This document shows, in pieces, positions 10,363 through 20,300 of a stretch of DNA of 64,000 bases. This DNA comes from Bacilli bacterium (GTDB lineage Bacteria > Bacillota_I > Bacilli_A > RF39 > UBA660). Each line of letters opens with the position of its first letter. Position 1 is the stretch's first letter. Below the pieces are notes generated by a model that worked only from the letters and a program-made list of their open reading frames with translations, ran no database searches and was not told the DNA's origin. The position numbers and the translations under genes are program-made. The stretch lies in the NCBI GenBank assembly GCA_022798795.1, contig JAAWNF010000001.1:953-64952 (forward strand), given 5' to 3'.

Positions 10363-10962
10363 ATGAATTTACCAAATAAAATTACGTTATCTAGAATTTT
10401 TTTAACAATGCTTATCATTGTCATTTTAGTTTTTCCATTTGAGGCAACAGGAATTTCAATTCCTAAATTATTTGTTAATGAATCAATTGTAATTGATATA
10501 AAATATATTGTAGCGGGAATTTTGTTTATTATCGCTTCATTAACTGATTTTTTGGATGGGTATTTGGCTCGAAAACTTAATATTGTAACAGATTTTGGAA
10601 AAATGATAGATGCAATAGCAGATAAAGTATTAGTAAATTGTATTTTAATAATTTTGGCTGCAAGTGGATTTATTCATCCTATTATTCCTGTTATCATAAT
10701 TTTTAGAGATACTGTAGTAGATTCTATTAAAATGATTGCTGGAAATAAAGGGGCAGTGGTAGCAGCAATTAGTACAGGCAAGTGGAAAACTGCGTGTATG
10801 ATGTTAGGGATTACATTAACATTATTTTATAATTTACCATTTGAACTATGGAATTTTCAAATTTCTGATATATTGCTTATCATTGCTTGTGTATTATCTG
10901 TTATTTCTGGAGTTCAATATTATAAGATGAATAAAGACTTTATTATGGAATCAGGAAAATAA
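10363..10962 (+). CDS. pgsA: CDP-diacylglycerol--glycerol-3-phosphate 3-phosphatidyltransferase
   Basis: CDP-alcohol phosphatidyltransferase motif (DFLDGYLARKLN...GKMIDAIADK) and multiple TM helices. Confidence 0.85.
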   Translation: MNLPNKITLSRIFLTMLIIVILVFPFEATGISIPKLFVNESIVIDIKYIVAGILFIIASLTDFLDGYLARKLNIVTDFGKMIDAIADKVLVNCILIILAASGFIHPIIPVIIIFRDTVVDSIKMIAGNKGAVVAAISTGKWKTACMMLGITLTLFYNLPFELWNFQISDILLIIACVLSVISGVQYYKMNKDFIMESGK

Positions 10963-11040
10963 AAAATCTGATTCTTTTTTTCTCTAATTTTTTGTTTTAT
11001 TATAGAATATTTAACGATTCTGCTTTGAAAAAAAGAAAGT

Positions 11041-11054
11041 AAACAAATGTTTGC
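11041..11054 (+). promoter_or_regulatory. Candidate LexA/DinR (Cheo-type) box upstream of recA
   Basis: aaacaaatgtttgc resembles CGAACATATGTTCG, a palindrome of the form AAC-N4-GTT. It lies immediately upstream of the recA -35. Confidence 0.3.
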
Positions 11055-11063
11055 TTTTGGTAT

Positions 11064-11091
11064 TGACAAAGAAAAAAAACTATTATACAAT
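11064..11091 (+). promoter_or_regulatory. Sigma-A-type promoter for recA
   Basis: ttgaca-N16-tacaat. Confidence 0.5.
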
Positions 11092-11118
11092 GATTATGTT
11101 AGACGAGGAGGAAAAATC

Positions 11119-12135
11119 ATGGTAAAGTCATCAAATGATAAAACATTAGACCAAGTATTGGCTGATATAGAAAAACAATTTGGGAAAGGTGCTGTCATGA
11201 AGTTAGGAGAGAATGAGCATCAAAAAATAGATGTCATTCCTAGTGGTTCACTTTCTTTGGATATTGCACTTGGAATAGGAGGATATCCAAAGGGCAGAAT
11301 TATTGAAATTTATGGACCTGAGTCAAGTGGAAAAACAACATTTGCGTTGCATGCTATTGCAGAGGCTCAAAAAAAAGGTGGAAGAGCAGCGTTTATTGAT
11401 GCAGAGCATTCTTTAGACCCTCAATATGCAGCAGCCTTAGGAGTAAATATTAATGATTTGTTGTTATCCCAACCAGATAATGGAGAGCAAGCATTAGAAA
11501 TTTGTGAAGCATTGGTTAGAAGTGGTGCCATTAGTGTGATTGTCATTGATTCTGTTGCAGCACTTGTTCCACAGGCAGAAATTGAAGGAGAAATGGGAGA
11601 TTCTCATGTGGGCCTTCAAGCAAGATTAATGAGTCAAGCACTTAGAAAATTATCTGGTATTATTAATAAAACGAATACAGTAGCAATTTTTATTAACCAA
11701 TTAAGAGAAAAAGTTGGCGTTATGTTTGGAAATCCAGAGGTAACTCCAGGAGGAAGAGCACTTAAATTTTATTCATCAATTCGGTTGGAGATTCGTCGTT
11801 CAGAACAACTTAAATTGGGAAGTGATATTGTCGGAAATAAAACAAATATAAAAGTAGTAAAAAATAAAATGGCTCCTCCATTTAAAACTTGTACAATTGA
11901 TATTATGTATGGCGAAGGAATATCCGCAAGTGGTGAAATTGTAGACCTTGCTTCAGATGCAGGAATCATTGAAAAAAGTGGTGCATGGTATGCATATAAT
12001 GGTGAAAAACTAGGTCAAGGAAAAGAGAATGTGAAAGAACTTTTGAAGAACAAACCAGAATTAAAAGAAGAACTTGAAATGAAAGTTAGAGAATATTATG
12101 ATATAGCACGTCAAAATGCAGAAGAAAAAAAATAG
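11119..12135 (+). CDS. recA: Recombinase RecA
   Basis: Walker [10 protein letters not shown] and canonical RecA sequence throughout. Start chosen at the ATG after the RBS gaggagg; the ORF-track start at 11047 overlaps the promoter. Confidence 0.95.
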   Translation: MVKSSNDKTLDQVLADIEKQFGKGAVMKLGENEHQKIDVIPSGSLSLDIALGIGGYPKGRIIEIYGPESSGKTTFALHAIAEAQKKGGRAAFIDAEHSLDPQYAAALGVNINDLLLSQPDNGEQALEICEALVRSGAISVIVIDSVAALVPQAEIEGEMGDSHVGLQARLMSQALRKLSGIINKTNTVAIFINQLREKVGVMFGNPEVTPGGRALKFYSSIRLEIRRSEQLKLGSDIVGNKTNIKVVKNKMAPPFKTCTIDIMYGEGISASGEIVDLASDAGIIEKSGAWYAYNGEKLGQGKENVKELLKNKPELKEELEMKVREYYDIARQNAEEKK

Positions 12136-12152
12136 TAGCATCTATTTTTTTT
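12129..12152 (+). terminator. Terminator after recA
   Basis: aaatag-tagcat-ctattt followed by a T-run. Confidence 0.55.
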
Positions 12153-12214
12153 ATTATATAATTTTTTTCAAACACAAAATCAAAGCTGATATTTTTTTGA
12201 AAAAAAATAATGAC

Positions 12215-12243
12215 TTGACTTATAACCCTAGAAACATTAAAAT
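12215..12243 (+). promoter_or_regulatory. Sigma-A-type promoter for rny
   Basis: ttgact-N17-taaaat. Confidence 0.45.
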
Positions 12244-12307
12244 AAGAATAGAGTGAAATAATGTATTTTACTTTATATAGATTTATATATAAGAAATGGA
12301 GGTATAT

Positions 12308-13861
12308 ATGAATGATGTAATTTTCTCCATTTTACTCGTCTTAATTGGAATTTTTGTAGGCATGATTGTCATTGTTGTTTTTAATTATATAAGAGGTAAT
12401 CAAGTAACTAAAAAAATAGAAGCAATGCTTGAAAAAGCAAAAAAAGAAGCAGAAAAAGTGAAAAGAGATTATTTATTAGAAGCAAAAGAGGAAGCACATA
12501 AGTTAAAAATAGATACTGATAAAGAAATTAAAGAGAAAAAGCAAGAAATAAAAGAATCTGAGGAACGCTTAATTAGTCGCGAAAATAGTATAGATAGACG
12601 TGACCAAATGCTTCAAAATCGAGAGCAGATGCTAGAAGAAAAAGAAAATAATTTAATTAATAAACAAAAAGAAATCCAAAATGAACAAGTAAAAGTGGAA
12701 GACTTAAAAAAAGAACAGATAGAATTACTAGAAAAAATCGCCGGTTTTTCAAAAAATCAAGCTAGAGAAATGGTAATGAAAAAAGTAGAGGAAATGATGA
12801 GTCTAGAAATTGCAGCTTACATTAAAGATGCAGAGGCAGATGCAAAGCTTGAAGTCGATAAAAAAGCAAAATCATTATTAATTTCATCTATGCAAAAGTA
12901 TGCAAGTGATGTTGCAAATGACCAAACAGTAACAGTTGTCAATTTACCAAATGATGATATGAAAGGACGTATCATTGGAAGAGAAGGTAGAAATATTAGA
13001 ACAATTGAGGCAGTAACAGGAGTGGATTTGATAATTGACGATACACCAGAGGCTATTGTACTATCAAGTTTTGACCCATTGCGAAGAGAAATCGCACGTG
13101 TAACTATTGAAACATTAATCAAAGATGGTAGAATTCATCCAACGAGAATAGAAGAACTTTATGAAAAAATATGTTCTGATATGAAGACAAAAATTTTAGA
13201 GTATGGTGAGTCAGCACTGTTTGAGTTAGGGCTTACAAAAATGGACCCTGAATTAGTAGAATTAATTGGGAAGTTACATTTTAGAACAAGCTATGGTCAA
13301 AATGCTTTGAAGCATTCTATTGAGGTAGCAGAATTATCGGGAATTTTAGCGGCAGAAATTGGTGAAAATATAACACTCGCAAAACGAGCTGGTTTATTAC
13401 ATGATATTGGAAAAGCAATAGACCATGAAATAGAAGGAAGCCATGTAGAATTAGGAAGTAGCTTGGCTCAAAAATATAAAGAAAATGAGATTGTTATGAA
13501 TGCGATAGAATCTCATCATGGTGATACAGAACCAACAAGTGTGATTTCAATTATTGTAGCAATAGCGGATACGTTATCAGCTTCACGTCCAGGTGCAAGA
13601 AATGATTCTTTAGAAAACTATATCAAACGTTTACAAGATTTAGAAAATATTGCAAATGTAATGCCAGGAGTAGATAAGACTTATGCTGTTCAAGCTGGTA
13701 GAGAACTTCGAGTAATCGTAAAACCAGAAGAAGTAGATGATTTAGGAAGTCACAAAATTGCTAGAGATGTCAAAAATAAAATAGAAGAAGAGATGCAATA
13801 TCCAGGAACGATTAAAGTGACTGTTATAAGAGAAACAAGAGCGACAGAAGAAGCAAAATAA
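12308..13861 (+). CDS. rny: Ribonuclease Y
   Basis: N-terminal TM, coiled coil, KH domain ([15 protein letters not shown]), HD domain (HSIEVA...LLHDIGKA). Follows recA as in Bacillus. Start at 12308 after the RBS ggaggt. Confidence 0.9.
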   Translation: MNDVIFSILLVLIGIFVGMIVIVVFNYIRGNQVTKKIEAMLEKAKKEAEKVKRDYLLEAKEEAHKLKIDTDKEIKEKKQEIKESEERLISRENSIDRRDQMLQNREQMLEEKENNLINKQKEIQNEQVKVEDLKKEQIELLEKIAGFSKNQAREMVMKKVEEMMSLEIAAYIKDAEADAKLEVDKKAKSLLISSMQKYASDVANDQTVTVVNLPNDDMKGRIIGREGRNIRTIEAVTGVDLIIDDTPEAIVLSSFDPLRREIARVTIETLIKDGRIHPTRIEELYEKICSDMKTKILEYGESALFELGLTKMDPELVELIGKLHFRTSYGQNALKHSIEVAELSGILAAEIGENITLAKRAGLLHDIGKAIDHEIEGSHVELGSSLAQKYKENEIVMNAIESHHGDTEPTSVISIIVAIADTLSASRPGARNDSLENYIKRLQDLENIANVMPGVDKTYAVQAGRELRVIVKPEEVDDLGSHKIARDVKNKIEEEMQYPGTIKVTVIRETRATEEAK

Positions 13862-13873
13862 TCAAATGAAACT

Positions 13874-13906
13874 AAGGTATAATTCGAATAGGATGATACC
13901 TTTTTT
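13874..13906. terminator. Weak hairpin plus T-run between the convergent rny and the small PY-rich gene
   Basis: aaggtat-N15-atacctt followed by tttttt. Confidence 0.35.
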
Positions 13907-13966
13907 GTATGCCAAAAAGTTTTCAAAAAAATACAGTTCATAAGAACTGTACTAGAATAAAATTAC

Positions 13967-14236
13967 TTAAAATGGTCGATAATAAGGATATGGTGGACGT
14001 GGTGGATAATATGGAGGATATGGACGCGGTGGATATGGTTGATAAGCAGGTCTCCAGAATGCAGGAGCTAGAGCTGCACCAGTTACCCCTCCTAATAAGA
14101 ATGGGAATGCGAATCCTCCTGCAATAAGTCTATCATCTCCATTTGAATAAACTGTATTAGAAGTAGGCATGTTAGACATTGATGTATTACGTGTCTGATA
14201 ATTATTTGCAGGAATACTATAATATTCTTGATACAT
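13967..14236 (-). CDS. Small protein with a hydrophobic Gly/Ala-rich segment and a Pro/Tyr-rich low-complexity tail
   Basis: Strong RBS aaggag 7 nt upstream and a tataat just beyond it on the minus strand. 89 aa ending ...PAFWRPAYQPYPPRPYPPYYPPRPPYPYYRPF. The plus-strand ORF 13909..14127 is its mirror artefact. Confidence 0.55.
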   Translation of the reverse strand: MYQEYYSIPANNYQTRNTSMSNMPTSNTVYSNGDDRLIAGGFAFPFLLGGVTGAALAPAFWRPAYQPYPPRPYPPYYPPRPPYPYYRPF

Positions 14237-14294
14237 ATGAATTCTCCTTTCATATTATAGTATGAAAAAGGAAAGAAAAGGGTGATTTTACGAA

Positions 14295-15404
14295 ATGAAT
14301 TCGAAAATTAAAAATTTGAGTGAAACAATTGTGAAGTATTCTTTGGGGGTCAAAGAAAATGATAGAGTATTAATTACAACAGGAAGTTCTAAAACAAATG
14401 ATTTAGTAAAAGAATTAATTAAGAAAATAGTAGAAGTAAAAGGAATCCCATTTGTACGTTATACGGATGCTGAGACGGATACCTTATTAACAGAATTGAC
14501 GACAGAAAATAGAATTAAAGAAATAAAAAAGCAAAAACAATTTGATGTAGATAATTATGATTGCTTCATTAGCATTCGATATTTGACGAATGATTATGTA
14601 AGTAAAAATGTTCCGTCTACAATTAGAAGAAATATAGGAGAAGCGACAGAAGACATCGATGATATTAGAATTAATGAAAGGCGCTGGGTATTGCTGAATT
14701 ATCCATCCCATTTAGACGCATATAAAGCAAAAATGACCAATGAAGAATTTTATGATTATGCTTTTGATGTAATGAATGTGGATTATGGTGCTATGAGAGA
14801 AATGGTAAAACCTTTAAAAGAATTAATGGAAAAAACAGATAAAGTAAGAATCATTGCTAAAAATACTGACATTACATTTTCTATTAAAGATATACCTGTA
14901 ATCCCTTGCTGTGGTACAGCAAATATTCCAGATGGGGAAATTTATACAGCACCTATTAAGGATAGTGTAAATGGTGTGATTACATATAATACCCCGTCTC
15001 CATATCAAGGAAATGTGTTTTATAATGTATCATTGACATTTGAAAATGGAAAAATAGTGCAATGTGATTGTAATGGTGACAATAAAAAATTGGAAGAAAT
15101 ATTTGATACAGATGAAGGTGCTAGATATGTAGGAGAATTCGCAATCGGATTAAATCCAATGATATTACACCCAATGGGTGACATTCTATATGATGAAAAA
15201 ATCATTGGGAGCATTCATTTTACGCCAGGAAGAGCTTATAGAGATGCTTTTAATGGAAATAAATCAGCAATTCATTGGGATATGGTTTTAATAGAACGAG
15301 AAGAATATGGTGGAGGAGAATTATATTTTGATGATAAGTTAGTTCGTAAAAATGGATTATTTGTGTTACCTGAATTAGAACATTTAAATTATGATTTAAA
15401 ATAG
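14295..15404 (+). CDS. M29-family aminopeptidase (AmpS/PepS-like)
   Basis: Similarity by eye to aminopeptidase T/II family blocks (GEFAIGLNP, HFTPGRAYRDAF, HWDMVL). Confidence 0.55.
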   Translation: MNSKIKNLSETIVKYSLGVKENDRVLITTGSSKTNDLVKELIKKIVEVKGIPFVRYTDAETDTLLTELTTENRIKEIKKQKQFDVDNYDCFISIRYLTNDYVSKNVPSTIRRNIGEATEDIDDIRINERRWVLLNYPSHLDAYKAKMTNEEFYDYAFDVMNVDYGAMREMVKPLKELMEKTDKVRIIAKNTDITFSIKDIPVIPCCGTANIPDGEIYTAPIKDSVNGVITYNTPSPYQGNVFYNVSLTFENGKIVQCDCNGDNKKLEEIFDTDEGARYVGEFAIGLNPMILHPMGDILYDEKIIGSIHFTPGRAYRDAFNGNKSAIHWDMVLIEREEYGGGELYFDDKLVRKNGLFVLPELEHLNYDLK

Positions 15405-15447
15405 TCTAGGAACGAAAACTTCTTCATATACTTTATTAGGTGATATC

Positions 15448-16299
15448 ATGAAGAAGTTTTTTGAATGTATAGGAATGATAAGTCTTGTTTGTGTTAGTTT
15501 CTTTTTTACGGAAAAAACAGCACGTGTAGTAAAAGAAACTGATAATATCATGGTAGAAATTAAAAAAGCAGCAGAATCCCATGTCAACCATAGTATAGAT
15601 GCAATGATAAAAGAGGATACAATAATTCCAGGGATTTATGGTGGCATTGTAGATGAAGAAAAAAGCTATGAAAAAATGAAACGTGTTGGTTCTTATCAAG
15701 AAAATTTGCTTGTATATAAAAAAATAGCACCAATGGTTTCCATAGAAAAAAATTTTGATAAATATATTATTTCTGGAAATCCAAAAAAAAATATGGTTAC
15801 ATTGTTATTTCTAGTTCAAGATAATGATGATACAACGAAAATAGAAAAAATTTTGCAGCAAAAAGAAGTGAAAGCGAGTTTTTTTGTAGATGGAAATTGG
15901 TTTGAAAATCATAACGATAAAATATATGAATGGATTAATGAAGAACATACAGTGGGAAATCTAAGTTATGGAATGGATTATAAAAATAGTTCTTTTATTT
16001 GGATGGACACCATTATTAAAAGAGTTGGGAATCAAAAAATAAGTTTTTGTTATAATGAAAAGCCAAATAAAGATGCTTTAAAACTATGTGCAGCTAATAA
16101 AAATTATACAATTAGACCAAATATAATTATTGCCAAATCACCTTTATCGGAAATAAAATTAAATCTAGTAGCAGGTAGTATTATAGCACTTCCAATCAAT
16201 CAAACAGTAGAAAAAGAGTTACCTGTAATAATTGAATATATTAGAGGAAAAGGTTATAAATTAGAAAACCTATATCATCATTTAGAAGAAGATAAATAA
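15448..16299 (+). CDS. Membrane-anchored polysaccharide deacetylase (NodB)-like protein, possibly degenerate
   Basis: N-terminal TM. NodB-like blocks (LTFDDG degenerated to LLFLVQDNDDT; KASFFVDGNWFENH). Confidence 0.4.
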   Translation: MKKFFECIGMISLVCVSFFFTEKTARVVKETDNIMVEIKKAAESHVNHSIDAMIKEDTIIPGIYGGIVDEEKSYEKMKRVGSYQENLLVYKKIAPMVSIEKNFDKYIISGNPKKNMVTLLFLVQDNDDTTKIEKILQQKEVKASFFVDGNWFENHNDKIYEWINEEHTVGNLSYGMDYKNSSFIWMDTIIKRVGNQKISFCYNEKPNKDALKLCAANKNYTIRPNIIIAKSPLSEIKLNLVAGSIIALPINQTVEKELPVIIEYIRGKGYKLENLYHHLEEDK

Positions 16300-16306
16300 A
16301 TATTAG

Positions 16307-16332
16307 AAAATTCTAGAAAATAGAATTTTTTA
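16307..16332 (+). terminator. Terminator after the deacetylase-like gene
   Basis: aaaattcta-gaaaa-tagaatttt followed by T's. Confidence 0.55.
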
Positions 16333-16350
16333 TTTTTGATTCAAATTTTA

Positions 16351-16380
16351 TTGACGAACAAATGTATGATTTGGTATACT
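16351..16380 (+). promoter_or_regulatory. Promoter for the radical SAM gene
   Basis: ttgacg-N18-tatact. Confidence 0.45.
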
Positions 16381-16391
16381 AAAAGTAGAAA

Positions 16392-16431
16392 AAGAATCTA
16401 TGTAAATGACTTTCTATCTTGATTCTTTTTT
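16392..16431 (+). promoter_or_regulatory. Terminator-like hairpin within the 5' leader of the radical SAM gene (possible attenuator)
   Basis: aagaatc-N22-gattctt followed by ttttttt. It sits between the predicted -10 and the RBS at 16445. Confidence 0.3.
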
Positions 16432-16454
16432 GTTATACTAATAAGAGGTGATTT

Positions 16455-17294
16455 ATGGTTATAAAAGAAATAGCAGTGAATGAGTATTTAACAAAATCTA
16501 ATTTACCATCAAGTGACTATGTTATTAATCCATATGTTGGTTGCCCTCATGGTTGTAAATATTGTTATGCGTCTTTTATGAAAAGATTTACAGGACATAA
16601 AGAGGATTGGGGAACTTTTATTGACATAAAGAAAAGTTATCAAAGAATTAATTTAAGTAAAATAAGTAAAAAATCAGTTTTTTTATCGTCAGTAACAGAT
16701 TGTTATAATCCATTAGAGGAAAAATATAAAGTAACAAGAAAAATTTTAGAACAGCTTTTAGATTCTGATTGTTATTTGTCTATTTCTACAAAATCAAAGT
16801 TGATTTTAAGAGATATTGATTTATTGAAAAGGATACAAAATGTAGTAGTGAGCATGTCAATTAATACACTTGATGAAGAGTTTAAAAAAGATATGGATAA
16901 TGCTAGTACTATCCAAGAAAGATTAGATGCTTTAAAGGAATTACATAATAATGGTATTCGTACAGTCTTATTTATGTCTCCCATTTTTCCCTATATTACA
17001 GAATGGAACGCGATTATAGAAAAATCTAAGGATTATGTTGACGAATATTGGTTTGAAAATCTCAATTTAAGAGGACAATATAAAACTGATATCATGAATT
17101 ATATAAAAGAAAAATATCCTCAACATTATAAGGAATATGTTGATATTTATGAAAAAAAGAATAAAAATTATTGGCATATTTTAGCAAATCAAATAAATGA
17201 GTATTGTAAAAATAACAATATTGAGTTTGTGAATTATTTTTATCACGAAGAATTAGTAAAAGCAAAAAAAGAAAATGAAAATGTGTCAATTTAA
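16455..17294 (+). CDS. Radical SAM protein of the SplB / DNA-repair-photolyase-like family (COG1533-like)
   Basis: N-terminal C-x3-C-x2-C (GCPHGCKYCYA) in the arrangement typical of spore-photoproduct-lyase-like enzymes. ~280 aa. Confidence 0.55.
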   Translation: MVIKEIAVNEYLTKSNLPSSDYVINPYVGCPHGCKYCYASFMKRFTGHKEDWGTFIDIKKSYQRINLSKISKKSVFLSSVTDCYNPLEEKYKVTRKILEQLLDSDCYLSISTKSKLILRDIDLLKRIQNVVVSMSINTLDEEFKKDMDNASTIQERLDALKELHNNGIRTVLFMSPIFPYITEWNAIIEKSKDYVDEYWFENLNLRGQYKTDIMNYIKEKYPQHYKEYVDIYEKKNKNYWHILANQINEYCKNNNIEFVNYFYHEELVKAKKENENVSI

Positions 17295-17326
17295 AAAGAT
17301 AATATAGTTGTATAGAGGTGGTAAAC

Positions 17327-20300
17327 ATGCAAGATAAATTAAAAATTTTATTGGAACAATTAGAAATAAATGAAGAAAGTAGAAATCTTTTTGAAGGGGG
17401 AACTTTAGAACGAATCAAGTGCAATAAGCAAGTTATGAGTTATAGTTTTGAAATAACTTTAAAAAAACTTTTACCTCCAGATTTGGTTTCCTTTTTTTTA
17501 GAACGTTTGCACCAAACCTTTGAAAGTATTGGAAAAGTAGATGCAATATTCAAAATCGAAACAATTGAATCTGAAAAGGTAAAGGAATATTATTTTTATT
17601 TATTAAAAAAATATAGTGAAAATGCTCCAAGTTTGGAAATTTTAAAAGATTATAATCCAGAATATCAAAATGGAATTTTGACAATTGTAGTGGGAAATAA
17701 GGCTGAACAAAAAAAATTAGAAGAATTAGAACCTTATTTTACAGAAGACTTAGTAAAGTTTGGAATCAATGTATCTATGATAATTAATGTGAATAGTGAT
17801 ATCAATAGTGAAATAGAAAAAGAAATAGAAGAAGAAAAAATGGTCTCTATTCATGAGGAGCTATTAAATAGACCTGAACCAGTACCAACCCAAGTAGAAG
17901 AAGTAAAAAAGAAATTTGTTCCAAAAGAATTTAAAAGAAAACCATTAATTCAAGAACCAGAAAATCCAGATATTGTAATTGGAACTTTAATTGAAACAGA
18001 ATCTACAGAGTTAAGGCAGATTGCTGGAGAAGTAGCAAATGTTACAATAGAGGGATATATTTTTGGAACTGAAGTGAGAGAAACAAAAACCGATTTGAAA
18101 ATTATTACATTAAAGATTACTGATTACACTGATAGTGTTTATGGAAAAATATTTGTAAATGATGAGGAAGAATTTAAAACGATTTCAAAGCAATTGAAGG
18201 CTGGGAAATGGTTTAAATTTAAAGGCTCTATGAAAAATGATGTATATAGTAAAGAATTAACTTTTTCCATTAGAGATATTAATGTTTTAAAGAAAGAAAT
18301 AACAAAAAGAATAGATGATGCTCCTGTTAAAAGAGTGGAACTTCATGCTCATACTTTCATGAGTCAAATGGATGGTTTAGTAGATGAATCAAAATTAGTA
18401 AAACAAGCTATTGAGTGGGGACATAAAGCAATAGCGATAACAGACCATAATGGTGTTCAAGCTTTTCCTCATGTTTATAACATGGTAAGAGATTACAATA
18501 AAGGAAAAGAAGAAAATGAAAAGTTTAAAGCTTTATATGGAACAGAGCTTACTATGGTAGATGATGAAGTAAAAATTGTAGTAAGACCAAATGATAGTCG
18601 TTTATTAGATAATACATATGTGGTTTTTGACTTTGAAACAACAGGATTTAATGCAGGTGGAGGAGATAGCATTATCGAAATTGGTGCTGTTAAAATATTA
18701 AATGGAGAAATTATTGATAAATATGATGAATTAATTAATCCAGAAAGACCTCTTCCTAAAAAAATTACGGAAGTAACAAGCATTACTGATGATATGCTAA
18801 AAGATAAAGATAACGAAGAAAATGCAATTAAGCGTTTTATAGAATGGTATGGAGACTTTCCAATGGTAGCTCATAATGCGAAATTTGATGTGTCTTTTTT
18901 AGAGATGGCACATCAGAAATATAACTTGGGTGAATTTACAAATACAGTTATAGATACATTGGAATTGTCACGTACTATGGATAGCTCATTTGGAAGACAT
19001 AGTTTATCGGCATTAGTAAAGCGTTATGATGTCCCATTTGATGAAGAGTCACATCATAGAGGGGACTATGATGCGGAAGCAACTGCTTATGTATTTCATA
19101 AGATGATGAAAAAATTAGAAGGAATGAATTTTGAAAAAATTTCAGATTTGGATAAGCTAGTTTCCAAAGATGAAATTCATAAATATGGACGGACATATCA
19201 TATTAATTTAATTGCACAAAATAAAGTTGGATTAAAAAATTTATTTCAAATTGTTAGTTTAGCAAATACCAAATATTTATATAAAACTCCTAGAATTTTA
19301 AGAAGTGAAATTGTTCGATTAAAAGAAGGAATTTTAGTGGGTAGTGGATGCTATGAAAGTGAAGTTTTTACAGAGGGAAGAAGTAAAAGTGATGAAGAAT
19401 TAAGTAATATTATCAAATTTTATGACTATGTAGAAGTGCAGCCACCAGAGGTCTATAATCATCTACTTCAAATGAATGATTTTGCAAGTGAAGCAGAACT
19501 TTTAGAACATATAAAGAAAATTATTCGTGTTACAGAGGAAGCTGGAAAACTAGTAGTTGCAACAGGGGATGTACATCATTTAAATAGAGATGATAAAATA
19601 TATAGAAGTATTATCGTAAATCAAAAAGTACCAGGTGGAGGTAGACATCCATTAGCACGTAATAATATTAAGGAAATACCATGTCAGCATTTTAGAACGA
19701 CACGTGAAATGGTAGAAGATTTTTCATTTCTAGATGATGAAACGATTAAAAGGATTGTAATTGACAATCCAAATAAAATAGCAGATATGTGTGAAATTAT
19801 AGAAGTAATTATTGAAACAGGTGGAGTTCCTTTTTCTCCTAAAATTGATAAATCAGTAGAGACAGCAACAGAACTAGTTTATACAAAAGCTGCTGATTGG
19901 TATGGAGACCCACTTCCAGCAAATATTGAAGAGCGAATTGCTACAGAACTTTATGGAGATGGGGTATTAAAGGCGATTAAAGAAAATATGAAAAAGGAAG
20001 GGAAAGAAGAAGGAGAAGAATTTTCAAAAGAGGCTCTTAAAAGATTACATAATATTATATTAGAAGGTTTTGAACCGATTAAAGAGTTGTTGAGAGAAAA
20101 TATCAGAGCAAATTGCGAAGAAGAATTAACTGTAGAAGAATTAGAAAAAAAAGTGAAAAAAAGTTTGGGTGGAATTATTGGTGGAGGCTTTGATGTAATT
20201 TATTTAATTGCTCAGAAACTTGTAAAGCATTCTAATGATGATGGATATCTAGTTGGTTCTCGTGGTTCAGTTGGTTCATCTTTTGTGGCGACAATGATGG

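Noticed and set aside
11047-11118. ORF-track N-terminal extension of recA ([24 protein letters not shown])
   Set aside because: It overlaps the recA promoter (-35/-10 at 11064..11091). The real start is the ATG at 11119 behind the RBS gaggagg.
13909-14127. 72-aa plus-strand ORF with MVDxVD repeats
   Set aside because: It is the mirror image of the Pro/Tyr-repeat tail of the better-supported minus-strand gene 13967..14236, and it lacks an RBS.
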